This document shows positions 8,901 to 17,857 of a stretch of DNA of 28,266 bases, one piece after another. Source of the stretch: a virus (lineage: Duplodnaviria; Caudoviricetes); IMG/VR virus record IMGVR_UViG_3300020375_000006, positions 1-28,266 of that record. One strand, written 5' to 3'. A program made the translations under genes and the position numbers. Numbering within the stretch: the first letter of the stretch is position 1; every line of letters starts with the position of its first letter. The notes beneath the pieces were generated by a model. The model worked only from the letters and a program-made list of their open reading frames with translations, was not told the origin of the DNA and made no database searches.

Positions 8901-10287
8901 TTGCCTCTCTGAGCAACGCTTCAGCCCTTGGGTTGTCCATGGCTGCAACGTCAGTAAACCAGCGGCGAAGTGCCGATTCGTCCAGGTTCTCCAGCATGTC
9001 AATAAAGAAAGACGCCCCCTTCGCAGCCCCCGCCTTCCGAAGTGCCCCCATGATTTCGGGTTTGTAGCGTTTCAGGGCCCGGACTGCGGGGCTTAGGATT
9101 ACTGGTGATGCCCCGACTATCGACCCAAGGAACGCCTCGTCAATCATAAGCCCTACGGCGCCACCAGTAACCGCGCCCTTCGCCAGGTCTCCGAAGGTTA
9201 CGTCCCGGCGCCCCAGGGTCAAAACCCCGCCACCCTCATCGACAACGAATCCGCCGCGCTTTTTCCCTGCGCCTGGAATGCGAATGTTTGCGATCTTTTC
9301 TGGTATCTCGGCAACCGTGCGGGCAACCGTGGCGGCGGCACCGCGTGCGGCTTTGCCGAAGTCTCCTGGGCGCATTCCGAAGTCGTCAGCGAAGACAATC
9401 ATCCCCTTGGCCTCTATCTCCTTGAGGGCCTTGATGGCTTTGGCGTTGCCCAGCCTTGCCAGTTTCAGAATGGTCGGGACCACCGGCAGGATTGTGAGTA
9501 TTGCTTCCGCCGGGTGGGTGAGGATGATTTCTGGGTCTTCGTACATGGCCTCCGCAAAGCCAACACCGCCTGCGAGGAGCTGTTTGGCGACCGGGACGCC
9601 CGCCTTAAACTCTCGCACCACTCCCTCGCCAAGGGTCTCTACGGGTTCTGGACCTTTACTGGCAAACTGGGCAACCAAGCCAAGGGTGCTCTCGGAGAGC
9701 TGGGCTTTTGAACTGACCCAGTTGTCGTAAATATCCCTTCTGAGTCGGGCACCCTTCACCTCGTGAAGCTCTTCTTTTACCCTGCTTATTTCGTCTCGAA
9801 GTGTGTCGCGGTCAGGAACCCCCTCAAGCCCTGGGGTGCCTGTCCGCAGGTCCCCTTCTCCCCAGTCCGCGCCGGGGTCAAAGCGAGGGGCACCAACAAG
9901 CTCCGCAGCGGTCCCCACGGCACCGTACAGGACGCCTGCACCGTGAGCGATAGGCTCAATAAGGGTCTGGGGTACACCCTCGCCGGGTGGTGGAGCGGCG
10001 AAGAGTGAGGGTTCACGCTTTTGGGCCTCCTTGGCCTCACGCGCCTCCTCAACCACCTCCCGCTTCAACTTCGGGATGCCCGGTTTAATGGTGGCCAGTT
10101 CGCCCAGTTCTTGAATGGTTAGTTGCATCTCGTCTTCTGAGACGTCAAAGCCAAACTTCTTATTGATGGCAGCCTGCGCCTGTTCCGGCTTGGCTCCCCT
10201 GGTGACCAATAGGTCGAACACCTCCCGCGCCGTGGATGGCGCGGGGGTCTGGGGCGTCTCAGGTGCTAATGGTGCTGGCTCGGCCAT
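5920..10287 (-). CDS. large internal virion/ejection protein (1455 aa; positional analogue of T7 gp16/P22 gp16)
   Basis: Largest ORF, helical composition, Gly/Ala hydrophobic segments, FFNY...SPFHTW pattern and basic C-terminus; last of three size-graded genes after the tail genes. Confidence 0.65.
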   Translation of the reverse strand: MAEPAPLAPETPQTPAPSTAREVFDLLVTRGAKPEQAQAAINKKFGFDVSEDEMQLTIQELGELATIKPGIPKLKREVVEEAREAKEAQKREPSLFAAPPPGEGVPQTLIEPIAHGAGVLYGAVGTAAELVGAPRFDPGADWGEGDLRTGTPGLEGVPDRDTLRDEISRVKEELHEVKGARLRRDIYDNWVSSKAQLSESTLGLVAQFASKGPEPVETLGEGVVREFKAGVPVAKQLLAGGVGFAEAMYEDPEIILTHPAEAILTILPVVPTILKLARLGNAKAIKALKEIEAKGMIVFADDFGMRPGDFGKAARGAAATVARTVAEIPEKIANIRIPGAGKKRGGFVVDEGGGVLTLGRRDVTFGDLAKGAVTGGAVGLMIDEAFLGSIVGASPVILSPAVRALKRYKPEIMGALRKAGAAKGASFFIDMLENLDESALRRWFTDVAAMDNPRAEALLREAILEPDRFALRTLRETDQLIRVTDEGSPAIRESMGMERGPYEQRPSTAATVRGPSGLPIPHEEAQLKQRLREEPRPMVRELTRSQQNAVKKIRRLFEGGQARARKDLAEGVKPQVDLTDRYISQIMEVLTGDAPIYLDHPAVYGSVMNYLVELGMEPSMAGAQVHLAIKEFQDGGRVVQLKAVPPKVEGGEWGLTNIRDVISSAVAKSSEAQKAIMRNTVVKAAREEGKNHRARKIADTVNPVLDIFEEQWLKKGGTDAKGNRRSFDLMRIENPKAFADIVLKIYELENGLTPGAPVMFYPLQHEGLNIPNITTQLQGGNIALVAEAMSKKHGMSLKAAKREVKLLREKLFTFKKDADLGGYLDPKVAKAFEVIDAAENFRNNTQSFISRQTARMKKNLTVLNISSGINNITANVLLQSISQGVPMPIILKNLASAGLDYRAYKKGTVTDPALVRMFESLENTGVLDSDMIAVETHLYKGDSIPSKLAKPFEEFYRQGDALPKLEDSIRTYKKVMSELDMLKDGETASLMVDSNRIIPIRRGMYGKLYRKGQDRPLTPDELSDIVGRGASMAAENKFFNYRDTGRLAHVLRASKQGMTVLSPFHTWFSKALAGRRGGLVGNVLLGDFSPIVYTDSAAILGRQMADATAQSGRRAVFSQAGDIEDRAISDTFRNVLSWDPRVGSPMTMGLMKDGTVDVKDLQYIDWSGPFSIGMRNVLGLYSMAKGDTGLQQLLRLQKSDSPSDQRRASLALKQLRGERFNLTDGMELIGLAGGPALELYDAFQRDMKDEHGYPLTTDVLIAQFGAAIVGGTLAKGIQTAAALGAEKGAVNVVTGGAFGSPVPPGVSLDPTIEETMMNFVIRRMLGLAPTPKRFLPRREFTAKAGKTKVKVTDKEVAKGAVGWFLKKMKDSLRKGTSLTLTREAKALKKKLVKRRRGLPAGTPLNEEDKEIQASIKYKKTQAEKWNKVIEKQVGLHKRRLFTGIRDLQKRSKKAQ

Positions 10288-11663
10288 TATTGAGGCTCTG
10301 TGGCACTGCGGCGACTTGCGGCATCGATGAGTTTATCAGTCTCGGCTTCTACATCGGCATCTGTAAGCTCCAAGGGTGGCACGCCTTCGACCTCATCGAA
10401 CTCTATACTAAAGTCTGCGCCGCCGATGGTGTTGACGGATGCCTTCAGTGCCTCCATTTCTCCGAAAAGGCGGGTGGCGATAGCCTCCTGCGATTCGGCC
10501 TGCTTCCAGGCTAACTCCTCGTCGCCAAACAGTAGCGCATCCTCGTCCTCCGTCTTCATCGCAAGCGCAGCCAAGAAGGCGGGCTTCGACCGGAGCAGGA
10601 GGAGTTCGTCTCTCGCCCCTATGTACTTTGAAATGCTCTTCCCAGCGTTGGTTATTGTGGAGCTTAGACCGCTGGGCACGCGGTTGTTCTTTTTGCTCTC
10701 GGACTGAACTCTGCCCCGAAGGTGTATAAGAGCCCTCTGGTGCTGGTTGTAAACCCTCCGCCTGCGGTCCCATTCGGTGCCTTCGGCCTTTTTCTGGCGG
10801 TCCCATTCGGCACCTGTGGCCTTTTTCCGGCGGTTATATTCGGCAGCATCCCGCTTCTCTTCGGCGGTGACCGTCTTCAGCTTGCGCCCCTCTTTGCGCT
10901 TTTGAACATCCTCACGCTTTGTGACCATGCCTTCTTCGTGTGTCCGAGACGATATACCCCTGTCGGTGGCCTCTGCGCTAACCTTTAGTCTGGTGGCAAG
11001 CTTCGCCCAACCCAGTGCCTGCTTTTGGCTCGAACCCCTCTTCAGGTTCTTGAGTAGGACGCCGTAAGCCTTGTCGCGCTTCGCCCCCATGCCGAAGCCA
11101 AAGAACTCCTTGGGACCTTCCCACTCCAAGACCTCGTCAAGGCGGCGAATGAGTGCCTCACCCTCTTCAAAGGTTGTGGCCTTCCTCGCGGCAGCGTTGA
11201 GCATTTTGATGGTTTTAGAGGCGGCGGCTATCTCACTAACCCTCCTCTCCTCACCCTCAACCCTCTCCCTTTCATCCAAAACCCTCAACTCCTCTTCCCA
11301 AACCTTCCGCTCCTGCGCCCACTCTGGCGGCACCTCTGAAGCGGCAGGCGGCTGGGGAGGCGGGGTGAGGGGGGACTCAGTACCCGTTGGGGGGATTCCC
11401 AGCCTACCCCTAACCGCCTGCCGTTCAGGGGACAGCGGATCGAAGACCCTTGATGCCTTGAGGTCCGCAACCGCAGCCTCTTCGCCTACTTGACCTTTCT
11501 CCCCGCCGTAGAGGACCGGGGGGACAACATCGCCCAGTGCCTCGGCAATCTTCGCCGTGCTCAGGCCGAGTTGTAACCACTGGTTAATCTCTTGTGGAGA
11601 AACCTTGTCCCTCTTGGTGGCCAGGGTAGGCTTTGCGACGCGGCGTCTGAGTATGCGTGCCAT
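10287..11663 (-). CDS. probable internal virion/ejection protein (458 aa, charged coiled coil)
   Basis: Highly charged helical sequence with an 11-aa repeat; TAATG overlaps at both ends. Confidence 0.6.
   Translation of the reverse strand: MARILRRRVAKPTLATKRDKVSPQEINQWLQLGLSTAKIAEALGDVVPPVLYGGEKGQVGEEAAVADLKASRVFDPLSPERQAVRGRLGIPPTGTESPLTPPPQPPAASEVPPEWAQERKVWEEELRVLDERERVEGEERRVSEIAAASKTIKMLNAAARKATTFEEGEALIRRLDEVLEWEGPKEFFGFGMGAKRDKAYGVLLKNLKRGSSQKQALGWAKLATRLKVSAEATDRGISSRTHEEGMVTKREDVQKRKEGRKLKTVTAEEKRDAAEYNRRKKATGAEWDRQKKAEGTEWDRRRRVYNQHQRALIHLRGRVQSESKKNNRVPSGLSSTITNAGKSISKYIGARDELLLLRSKPAFLAALAMKTEDEDALLFGDEELAWKQAESQEAIATRLFGEMEALKASVNTIGGADFSIEFDEVEGVPPLELTDADVEAETDKLIDAASRRSATEPQ
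10764..10845. repeat. 33-bp imperfect tandem repeat (about 2.5 copies) inside a CDS
   Basis: GCGGTCCCATTCGG at 10764 and 10797, GCGGTTATATTCGG at 10830; encodes AEYNRRKKATG/AEWDRQKKAEG/TEWDRR. Confidence 0.85.
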
Positions 11664-12235
11664 TAGAAGAATGTCCCCGCTTCTCGCGCCAGGCGGATTT
11701 CGGCCTCTATCAACTGCCTGACAATCGGGTCGGCCACGCTCCTAATCCTTTCCTGGTAGTAGCGGACACGGTCCATGTTCTTCCCAACCGCGTCAGGGGG
11801 CGGGGCGCCGGCCCTGATGGCGTCCATCTGTTCCTCGGCAGCACGCTGCGAGTCGGTCAGGTCCGCAATCTCAAGCTCAGTGGTTGCGGCAACGTCAGCA
11901 GCAGCCATCTTGGCAGCCTGGATTCGGGCATCGTCTTGAGCCTGCTGTGCAGACACCGCCCTCTCCGTGTCTCGACCAACCTGCCCAAGGGCCGCGAGTG
12001 TGCCTCCACCCGCAGCCCTTCGCCCAGCCGCCTGGAATTGGCTCGCCATGCCCCTAGCAGCCTGTGCCCGTAACTCGGCAAGAGCGGTGGCACTCGCCTC
12101 CTGGGCGAGCGTTACCCCGCCCTGCGCAAGCCCAATCTTGGATTGTAGGGCCTCGGCTGCACGGCGTTTGCTTCTTTCCCAGTCCGCGTATGACCGGCGT
12201 GCCGCCTCCTCTATATCTGTCGGTGTGCGTGCCAT
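11663..12235 (-). CDS. probable small internal virion/ejection protein (190 aa)
   Basis: Ala/Gln/Arg-rich helical protein with AAGRRAAGGG; AGGAG RBS; first of the three-gene block. Confidence 0.6.
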   Translation of the reverse strand: MARTPTDIEEAARRSYADWERSKRRAAEALQSKIGLAQGGVTLAQEASATALAELRAQAARGMASQFQAAGRRAAGGGTLAALGQVGRDTERAVSAQQAQDDARIQAAKMAAADVAATTELEIADLTDSQRAAEEQMDAIRAGAPPPDAVGKNMDRVRYYQERIRSVADPIVRQLIEAEIRLAREAGTFF

Positions 12236-12239
12236 TACC

Positions 12240-13862
12240 CTACTCCTGATTCGCTGTTACCAGCGTAGTCTTTCCGATTATATAAACCCAGTTACCGTAA
12301 TGTGGAACGATAACCTCGCCGGCCAGGTTTTCTAGGCCGGCAGTGTCCTTGAGCCCCCACCGAACCTCGATGAAGCTCTCCTGGCCATCCGTGGCTGGGG
12401 CACCGCCCGAACCACCACCATACGCGCCGACATTAGTTCTGGCGACGGCCTGACTTCTGGCCTGGCCAATAAAGAACGGGGCACCTTGCTGCCCATAATT
12501 CTGGCTCTCCTCGCCCGTTATCTCAACCAGCGGGATGCTCACAATCTCCCACGAGTCGTTGAGCGAGTCGTTGAGGGTGACACTGCACTTGTCTATTTCA
12601 TGGGTTCCCGCGTTATACGGGCGCCACGTATTGTAGGCCACCTGTTGGTATGCGTGAAGGTCCGACCTGAGACCGGACCCAATTCCCACGCCGACATGGT
12701 GGGCAAATGTTACCGTGCTGGGGTATGCGTCACTGGTTCCGTAGTTGGCGCACGCGATGACGTGATGGACGGTGAAGTTGTTCGAGATGGGTATGACGCG
12801 CCGGTCTGTAACCATGCTTATGAACGGCAGAGACCCGACGTAGGGGAGGGAGCCAGAGATGCTTCCAGATACGTCGCCTGGGAAGTTGCCCCACATAGGA
12901 ACCGCGATAACCTTGTAGGCTGACCCGTCTGTCAGGTTCTCAGCCGGCGGAAGCTCGGAGTGGATGTTGTAACCACCCCTGAGCTTGTCCCTGAATATCT
13001 TGTCGACCTTTCCAAGGGCGGTCTGGATGCCGTCGTATGCAGCACCACCGGACGTATCCATCTCTGCGCTTATGAGGTCTCCGGGTGCCGGGTCCGTTAC
13101 GGTGACGGCTACATTGTTAACCTCTCCGTTTGCCGGGGTTGGTATGTTTTGGACGTACTCACTATTTGACGGCTTGTGAATGTCTCTTGGCGCAAGCTTC
13201 GTACTCAGCTTCATCCAGACATTCAGGTTAGGGAGTGCGTATTTGTTTGCTGAGACGTTGTCCAGGTCTGGTGCCACAACCCGAACGACATAGGTTCTCA
13301 TCGGAGCAAGCTCTGCGCTTATCTCTGAGAATGTCTGTGGGTTAAGCCCTGCCTCCCATGCGGTGGCCGGGATGGTTGCCGCCCATACGCTGGAGTATCT
13401 AGACTGGGTTGCGTTGGTTTCGCCATTGACTGTCTGCCGGGTCTCAAGAATCGTGACCTCTAGTTTGTAGTCTGAAATGCCCTCAAAAACAGCCTGGTTT
13501 GGGACTGCTCCGGTGACCCCTCCGATGGCGGCAGCCTCGTCATGCGAATCGAAGTAGAACCCCATGTCCTCAATCCTGAAGACTTGGGTCTCTTCCCCTG
13601 AATATGACGACGTCCAAATGCTATCGCCCTGGTAGGCAGGCAACACGAACGGGATCGAAGTCGCCTCTTGTGTGGCATCAAAATTCGGCACAGACAGGTG
13701 GACGGTGAACGGGCCGTCTGGCGCGGCCATTTGGTTCACTACGACTCCATCGGAAGTCCCAGCCTTGTCGGTAAGGTTATCCAGTGACGACGTTACAGCC
13801 GTATAGATGTGCCCCACCTGTAGCTTTACGCCCCGTGCCAGCCTGTTAAAGGTGTGCTTCAT
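12240..13862 (-). CDS. tail/appendage structural protein (540 aa, apparently two modules)
   Basis: Beta-rich; lies between the nozzle and ejection genes; anchor-like motif at the N-terminus and again mid-protein. Confidence 0.6.
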   Translation of the reverse strand: MKHTFNRLARGVKLQVGHIYTAVTSSLDNLTDKAGTSDGVVVNQMAAPDGPFTVHLSVPNFDATQEATSIPFVLPAYQGDSIWTSSYSGEETQVFRIEDMGFYFDSHDEAAAIGGVTGAVPNQAVFEGISDYKLEVTILETRQTVNGETNATQSRYSSVWAATIPATAWEAGLNPQTFSEISAELAPMRTYVVRVVAPDLDNVSANKYALPNLNVWMKLSTKLAPRDIHKPSNSEYVQNIPTPANGEVNNVAVTVTDPAPGDLISAEMDTSGGAAYDGIQTALGKVDKIFRDKLRGGYNIHSELPPAENLTDGSAYKVIAVPMWGNFPGDVSGSISGSLPYVGSLPFISMVTDRRVIPISNNFTVHHVIACANYGTSDAYPSTVTFAHHVGVGIGSGLRSDLHAYQQVAYNTWRPYNAGTHEIDKCSVTLNDSLNDSWEIVSIPLVEITGEESQNYGQQGAPFFIGQARSQAVARTNVGAYGGGSGGAPATDGQESFIEVRWGLKDTAGLENLAGEVIVPHYGNWVYIIGKTTLVTANQE

Positions 13863-14620
13863 CAGACAATCTCTTCAAGATAGTGGATGGTGAGGCCGGC
13901 AACGATAGTCGAAAACGGGTTGACTCCCCACGTTCCAACATTTCTGGGGATGACCGCCTGATATCGAACCCTGGCCCCCGCCGGGATTGACACCTTCAGA
14001 TTCTGGAATGACACGATATTGCCGGCCAAGTCCTCGGTGTGGGGGGGTGCCATGTCTGGGGCTGCTGGGCCAGGGGTGCGCCTGAATCTCCACGCGGGGT
14101 CGCTAATGAGGTGCTTGACAGCCTCAAAGCTGTTTAGGTGCCTATCTTCGCCACCGCTATCGCTGTCAACGCTCACAAGCAGGTGCATCTGGTCATCTGT
14201 GAGGGCATTCACATGATACGAGTCTGTGACCGCATTTAAATGAAGCTCCGTGATGATGCACGGGCTTACATGGTGAATCCCCGTGGACCATACATACTGG
14301 TCTCCGGTGGATGGCGAAGCAATGTTGCTATTGTAGCAACCCTTGATTCTAAGCTCATTTCTAACCTTGTCGAGTCCAGCAGCGGTCACCCAGTTTGATG
14401 AGTTGTATAGCGGCCCCCACGGGTAAAAGTCTGTCGGACTACTCTGTGACCCAGGCAAAAAGCCAAGATGGACTGTCTGCTCTGCGTATCGGGGCAAGAT
14501 GTCGCCACGGGGAACCGCGTTGATGCGCCCTTCGACTGTATCGAGGGCGCCCTGAATCCTGTTCCCGTCAACGGTTGTGCCCTCGCTGAACTGCTCTCTG
14601 ATGATGCGGTTAGACGCCAT
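13862..14620 (-). CDS. tail/appendage structural protein (252 aa)
   Basis: N-terminal FSEGTTVDGNRIQGAL resembles fibre/spike attachment motifs; beta-rich body; GAGG RBS. Confidence 0.6.
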   Translation of the reverse strand: MASNRIIREQFSEGTTVDGNRIQGALDTVEGRINAVPRGDILPRYAEQTVHLGFLPGSQSSPTDFYPWGPLYNSSNWVTAAGLDKVRNELRIKGCYNSNIASPSTGDQYVWSTGIHHVSPCIITELHLNAVTDSYHVNALTDDQMHLLVSVDSDSGGEDRHLNSFEAVKHLISDPAWRFRRTPGPAAPDMAPPHTEDLAGNIVSFQNLKVSIPAGARVRYQAVIPRNVGTWGVNPFSTIVAGLTIHYLEEIV

Positions 14621-14623
14621 GGG

Positions 14624-15190
14624 TCACACCTCCCCAAGCAGGGTGACGTTTAAGTGGGGCCATCCAGTCTCATTTACGCCTGATACAACGGTAACATCGG
14701 TGGCCAGGTTGGCGGCATCGTTAACCACCGCATTCAACGCCCCCTGCATCACGCCAGTATCCTCATCTGACCGGAACCTGCACCCAAGAAAGGTGGCTTT
14801 AGAGCCTGCGGCAACGGTAACAAAGGCTGTCGTTAGGTTCGTGCCGGCGTCTCGAATGAAGGTGCAGCCACTAAACAGCGCGGGCATTGTGCCGGTGACT
14901 TCCGCGAGAACCCCGGTGCCTTTGAATGTGGCACCCTCGATGGTGGCACCAGCCTCAACCTTCACAATGTCAGAGAACTCGGCCACCTCGACAGCCTTGA
15001 TAAGAGTGTGAGGCCTGGTGGCGGTATGGCCCTTGAATTCGCCCTCAATCAGGATGGTTTCGTCGCGCTTTCTTGAGTATTTGATGGGGTTGCGCTGGAC
15101 GCTTAGGCGGTGATAGCCATCAATAATGCCTTCATTACGAAGGTCGGTCATCGTCACACCTTTTGCGCGAAGCTGTCGAAGGTCGGCCAT
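14624..15190 (-). CDS. tail-associated protein, possible short beta-helix
   Basis: Recurring ATIEGATF/ALFSGCTF/ATFLGCRF rungs; GGAG RBS. Confidence 0.55.
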   Translation of the reverse strand: MADLRQLRAKGVTMTDLRNEGIIDGYHRLSVQRNPIKYSRKRDETILIEGEFKGHTATRPHTLIKAVEVAEFSDIVKVEAGATIEGATFKGTGVLAEVTGTMPALFSGCTFIRDAGTNLTTAFVTVAAGSKATFLGCRFRSDEDTGVMQGALNAVVNDAANLATDVTVVSGVNETGWPHLNVTLLGEV

Positions 15191-17853
15191 TATCTCCCCC
15201 TCCTCCGTGCGCCGCCTACGGCTTTGTATGTCATCTTCACGGCATAGAGCCGTACAGCCTCGGCCTTGTCTAGGATAAAGCCGAAAAGCATCACGCCGAT
15301 ACTTCCGCCCCCGGCACTGGTGCTCATGGCGATATCGTCAACCTGCTCGTTGTCTATGAGGAGGTTCCCAGTTGCGGAGGCGGCTGGGTCTCCATAGTTA
15401 GCCCCGACCGGGTTGTGGGCCGCACCGTCGCTAAACACCTTGTCCACCATGTCGCCAGCGGGACTCTGTATCCTCGTCCTGATTGAGACCTCCTTGGGGA
15501 GGGTCACAACCTCGCTCGAACTGTAGACAACCTGGTCACTGTAAAGCTTCTTGTCGGAGCCGAACGCCGCATTATAGAGCCGGTACGGATAGTTCTGGTT
15601 TAGGACCGGTTTCTCCCCGTGAGACGTGACCCTGGTGTAGAGCCCCCGCGTCCTCACCTGCTCACCGCCATCCAGACGAAATGTGGGCGCCTTGTACAGG
15701 TACGAGACAGGCTGGCCCTCACCCTCGGACGCAGTCTGCGGGGAGTAGCTCAACTCGTTCACATACACGCTGGCGTCGTAGTCTACGGGGGCGACGGCAG
15801 GGGGGACGATGCCGTCGTCGATTTCCGCCACATACCCAGCGGGGAAGTCCCATCCGAATGTGTTGGTGCCCGCAGGGTATACGTCGTTCGCTGCCGTTGG
15901 CTTGAACTTGATATAGATGAGCGGGTTCCTGTTGGATTCATTGAGTTGCTGCCGGGTGCCGGGGACAGGAAATCCGCCCCACTCAATCATGATGCTGTCA
16001 CCGGCAAGGGATGGGCCCACGCCGTGTTGCCAGCGGTCTGCCCTAACAAGGTCAAGCTTGGTGCCCTGCCGCTCATGTGGGATCGAATAGTCAAGCTGGG
16101 CAGGCACAGCCGGGTCTAAGACTGGCTCCCAGTATGTGGTATTGAATGCCAGTTCAAACTGCCAGCGCAGCGGGGCCTGGGCTCCCGGTATGTTTGGCGG
16201 AATACCTGACAGCAGAAACACGTACTCGCCCGACGAGTTAACCTCGGTCAACTCTAGGTAGAACGAGGCATTACTAAGGCCAGCCTGACGAAGCCTGACA
16301 ACCGAGTTCCTGACAATGAGATTCTTCTCGTTGACATAACTGTTGTCTTTCCCCCCGCCACGGGCAAGCTCGTAGACACTGTATGGGTATACGGTGCGAG
16401 ACTGGCCGGCGACCTTTCCGCTTACCGTGTCTGGGTTATCAATGGAGACCATGTACGTCTGCCCAAGCATGGACAAGACCTGACACTGGTTAACTGGGGT
16501 GGATGCGGCGACCTTCGGGTTCAAGAGGGCACTGTAGCAATTCTCAAAATCCCACAGCAGCCAAGTCCCACCCGACATCACCCAGACAGTGCCGTCGAAC
16601 GAGCAATAAATCTCACCAAACTTCTCATTGTAGCCAATAATCGGGTCGACAGGGGGTGCGCTAAATGTCTCAGGTTGCTGAAGCGCGAGATTCGTTGCGC
16701 CCGGGTCACCATTGAACGCCTCTGTCGCATAGTGGGAGAACGGGTCCGAAACGCCGGCCCTCCAATACTCCTGAATGGGGTCAGATATTGTTTCATAACC
16801 AAAGTTTGAGCTTATTGCGTGAACGCCGCGCCCAGAAATCCATACCGGCACATTACGGACAGACATAATGGCAGACGGCGCCAAGCAGCCGACCTCTGCG
16901 GAGATGCGGGTAAGGACCCCGCCCGCCAGCAACCCGGTCTGAGACAGTGCGGGCTGAATCACCCACGTCTCGTCACGAGAGAAGACGTAAACTAACTCCC
17001 CGTTAGATGCCATGGCAGTAATGTCGGACAGGACGGGGATGATGTCAGAGTTTGCGGCCTTGATGTTGTTGGGGAGAAAGGCGTCAGAGTAGAAGATGGT
17101 GTTGCCAGAGGCGTAAACCAGAGAACCCTGGTGCTCGCACATGGCAGAGACGCCAGCCAGGTCGCTGTTCGTGACGTAGTTAAAGGCTTCGGTGTTTAAC
17201 CCATCAGAGAAGACCACCGGGGCGACCGAACTTACCTCGCCCCTCGCTGGGGACCATGCGTACTCGTCCGCACCCTGCAACTGAGCCGAACACTCGGCCA
17301 CCAGGGCGGGCCGATACACGTAGACGCCAATGTCATCGTTTGCAAAGTAGAGATTGCCAGCCAGTTCTTGAAATGAGACAGGCTTCCCGGTAGAGAGCCG
17401 CCATTTGGCAGCCGTGCGGTTGGACGACTCCTCGTAGCACGCCTTGAGAACCCTCGCCTCGTGAAAGCTTCGCCCGCCATCGCCCGTTACGGCGTGCAAG
17501 ACGTGCTCAACCCTGGCGTTGTCCTCAACATCGAAAACTGAGACCGAGTAAACCGTGCTGTACGTGCCGACCTCCTGGCTCTCACCAGTGAAAACGTCAG
17601 CAGACAGCACTGTAACTATCTGCGTGTGACCGAATGCCGTTTTGATGATGCGGCTACCAAGGTGCTTCTTGTATCCCTGGCCGGTTGCAGTAAGGGACAT
17701 CGTCGAATCGCCCCTATAAAGAAGCCCGAATCCAGACCTTACCGCCCAAGAACCCTGGCGGTTCTCCATATTACGAACAAAGCTGCCGTCATTCGCGGGG
17801 TCTAGGGACACCGTTGGACTTAGGATGTCCAGTTGTTGCTTTGGTGTCGCCAC
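15190..17853 (-). CDS. tail nozzle/stabilisation protein (P22 gp10/T7 gp12-like)
   Basis: 887 aa beta-propeller-like: NM...GSWAVRSG N-terminus, IFYSD...P, ITAMAS, EVGCLAPSAI, ISDPI; follows the adaptor gene; GTG start with AGGAG. Confidence 0.75.
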   Translation of the reverse strand: MATPKQQLDILSPTVSLDPANDGSFVRNMENRQGSWAVRSGFGLLYRGDSTMSLTATGQGYKKHLGSRIIKTAFGHTQIVTVLSADVFTGESQEVGTYSTVYSVSVFDVEDNARVEHVLHAVTGDGGRSFHEARVLKACYEESSNRTAAKWRLSTGKPVSFQELAGNLYFANDDIGVYVYRPALVAECSAQLQGADEYAWSPARGEVSSVAPVVFSDGLNTEAFNYVTNSDLAGVSAMCEHQGSLVYASGNTIFYSDAFLPNNIKAANSDIIPVLSDITAMASNGELVYVFSRDETWVIQPALSQTGLLAGGVLTRISAEVGCLAPSAIMSVRNVPVWISGRGVHAISSNFGYETISDPIQEYWRAGVSDPFSHYATEAFNGDPGATNLALQQPETFSAPPVDPIIGYNEKFGEIYCSFDGTVWVMSGGTWLLWDFENCYSALLNPKVAASTPVNQCQVLSMLGQTYMVSIDNPDTVSGKVAGQSRTVYPYSVYELARGGGKDNSYVNEKNLIVRNSVVRLRQAGLSNASFYLELTEVNSSGEYVFLLSGIPPNIPGAQAPLRWQFELAFNTTYWEPVLDPAVPAQLDYSIPHERQGTKLDLVRADRWQHGVGPSLAGDSIMIEWGGFPVPGTRQQLNESNRNPLIYIKFKPTAANDVYPAGTNTFGWDFPAGYVAEIDDGIVPPAVAPVDYDASVYVNELSYSPQTASEGEGQPVSYLYKAPTFRLDGGEQVRTRGLYTRVTSHGEKPVLNQNYPYRLYNAAFGSDKKLYSDQVVYSSSEVVTLPKEVSIRTRIQSPAGDMVDKVFSDGAAHNPVGANYGDPAASATGNLLIDNEQVDDIAMSTSAGGGSIGVMLFGFILDKAEAVRLYAVKMTYKAVGGARRRGR

Positions 17854-17857
17854 AGAA

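Noticed and set aside
5920-10287. 1455-aa protein as a tape measure or virion RNA polymerase
   Set aside because: No tail tube or chaperone genes, and no DxDGD or T7-type polymerase motifs recognised; context fits a podovirus ejection protein.
10764-10845. 33-bp repeat as a mini CRISPR array
   Set aside because: In-frame coding repeat with a period that is a multiple of 3 and no unique spacers of CRISPR size; no cas genes.
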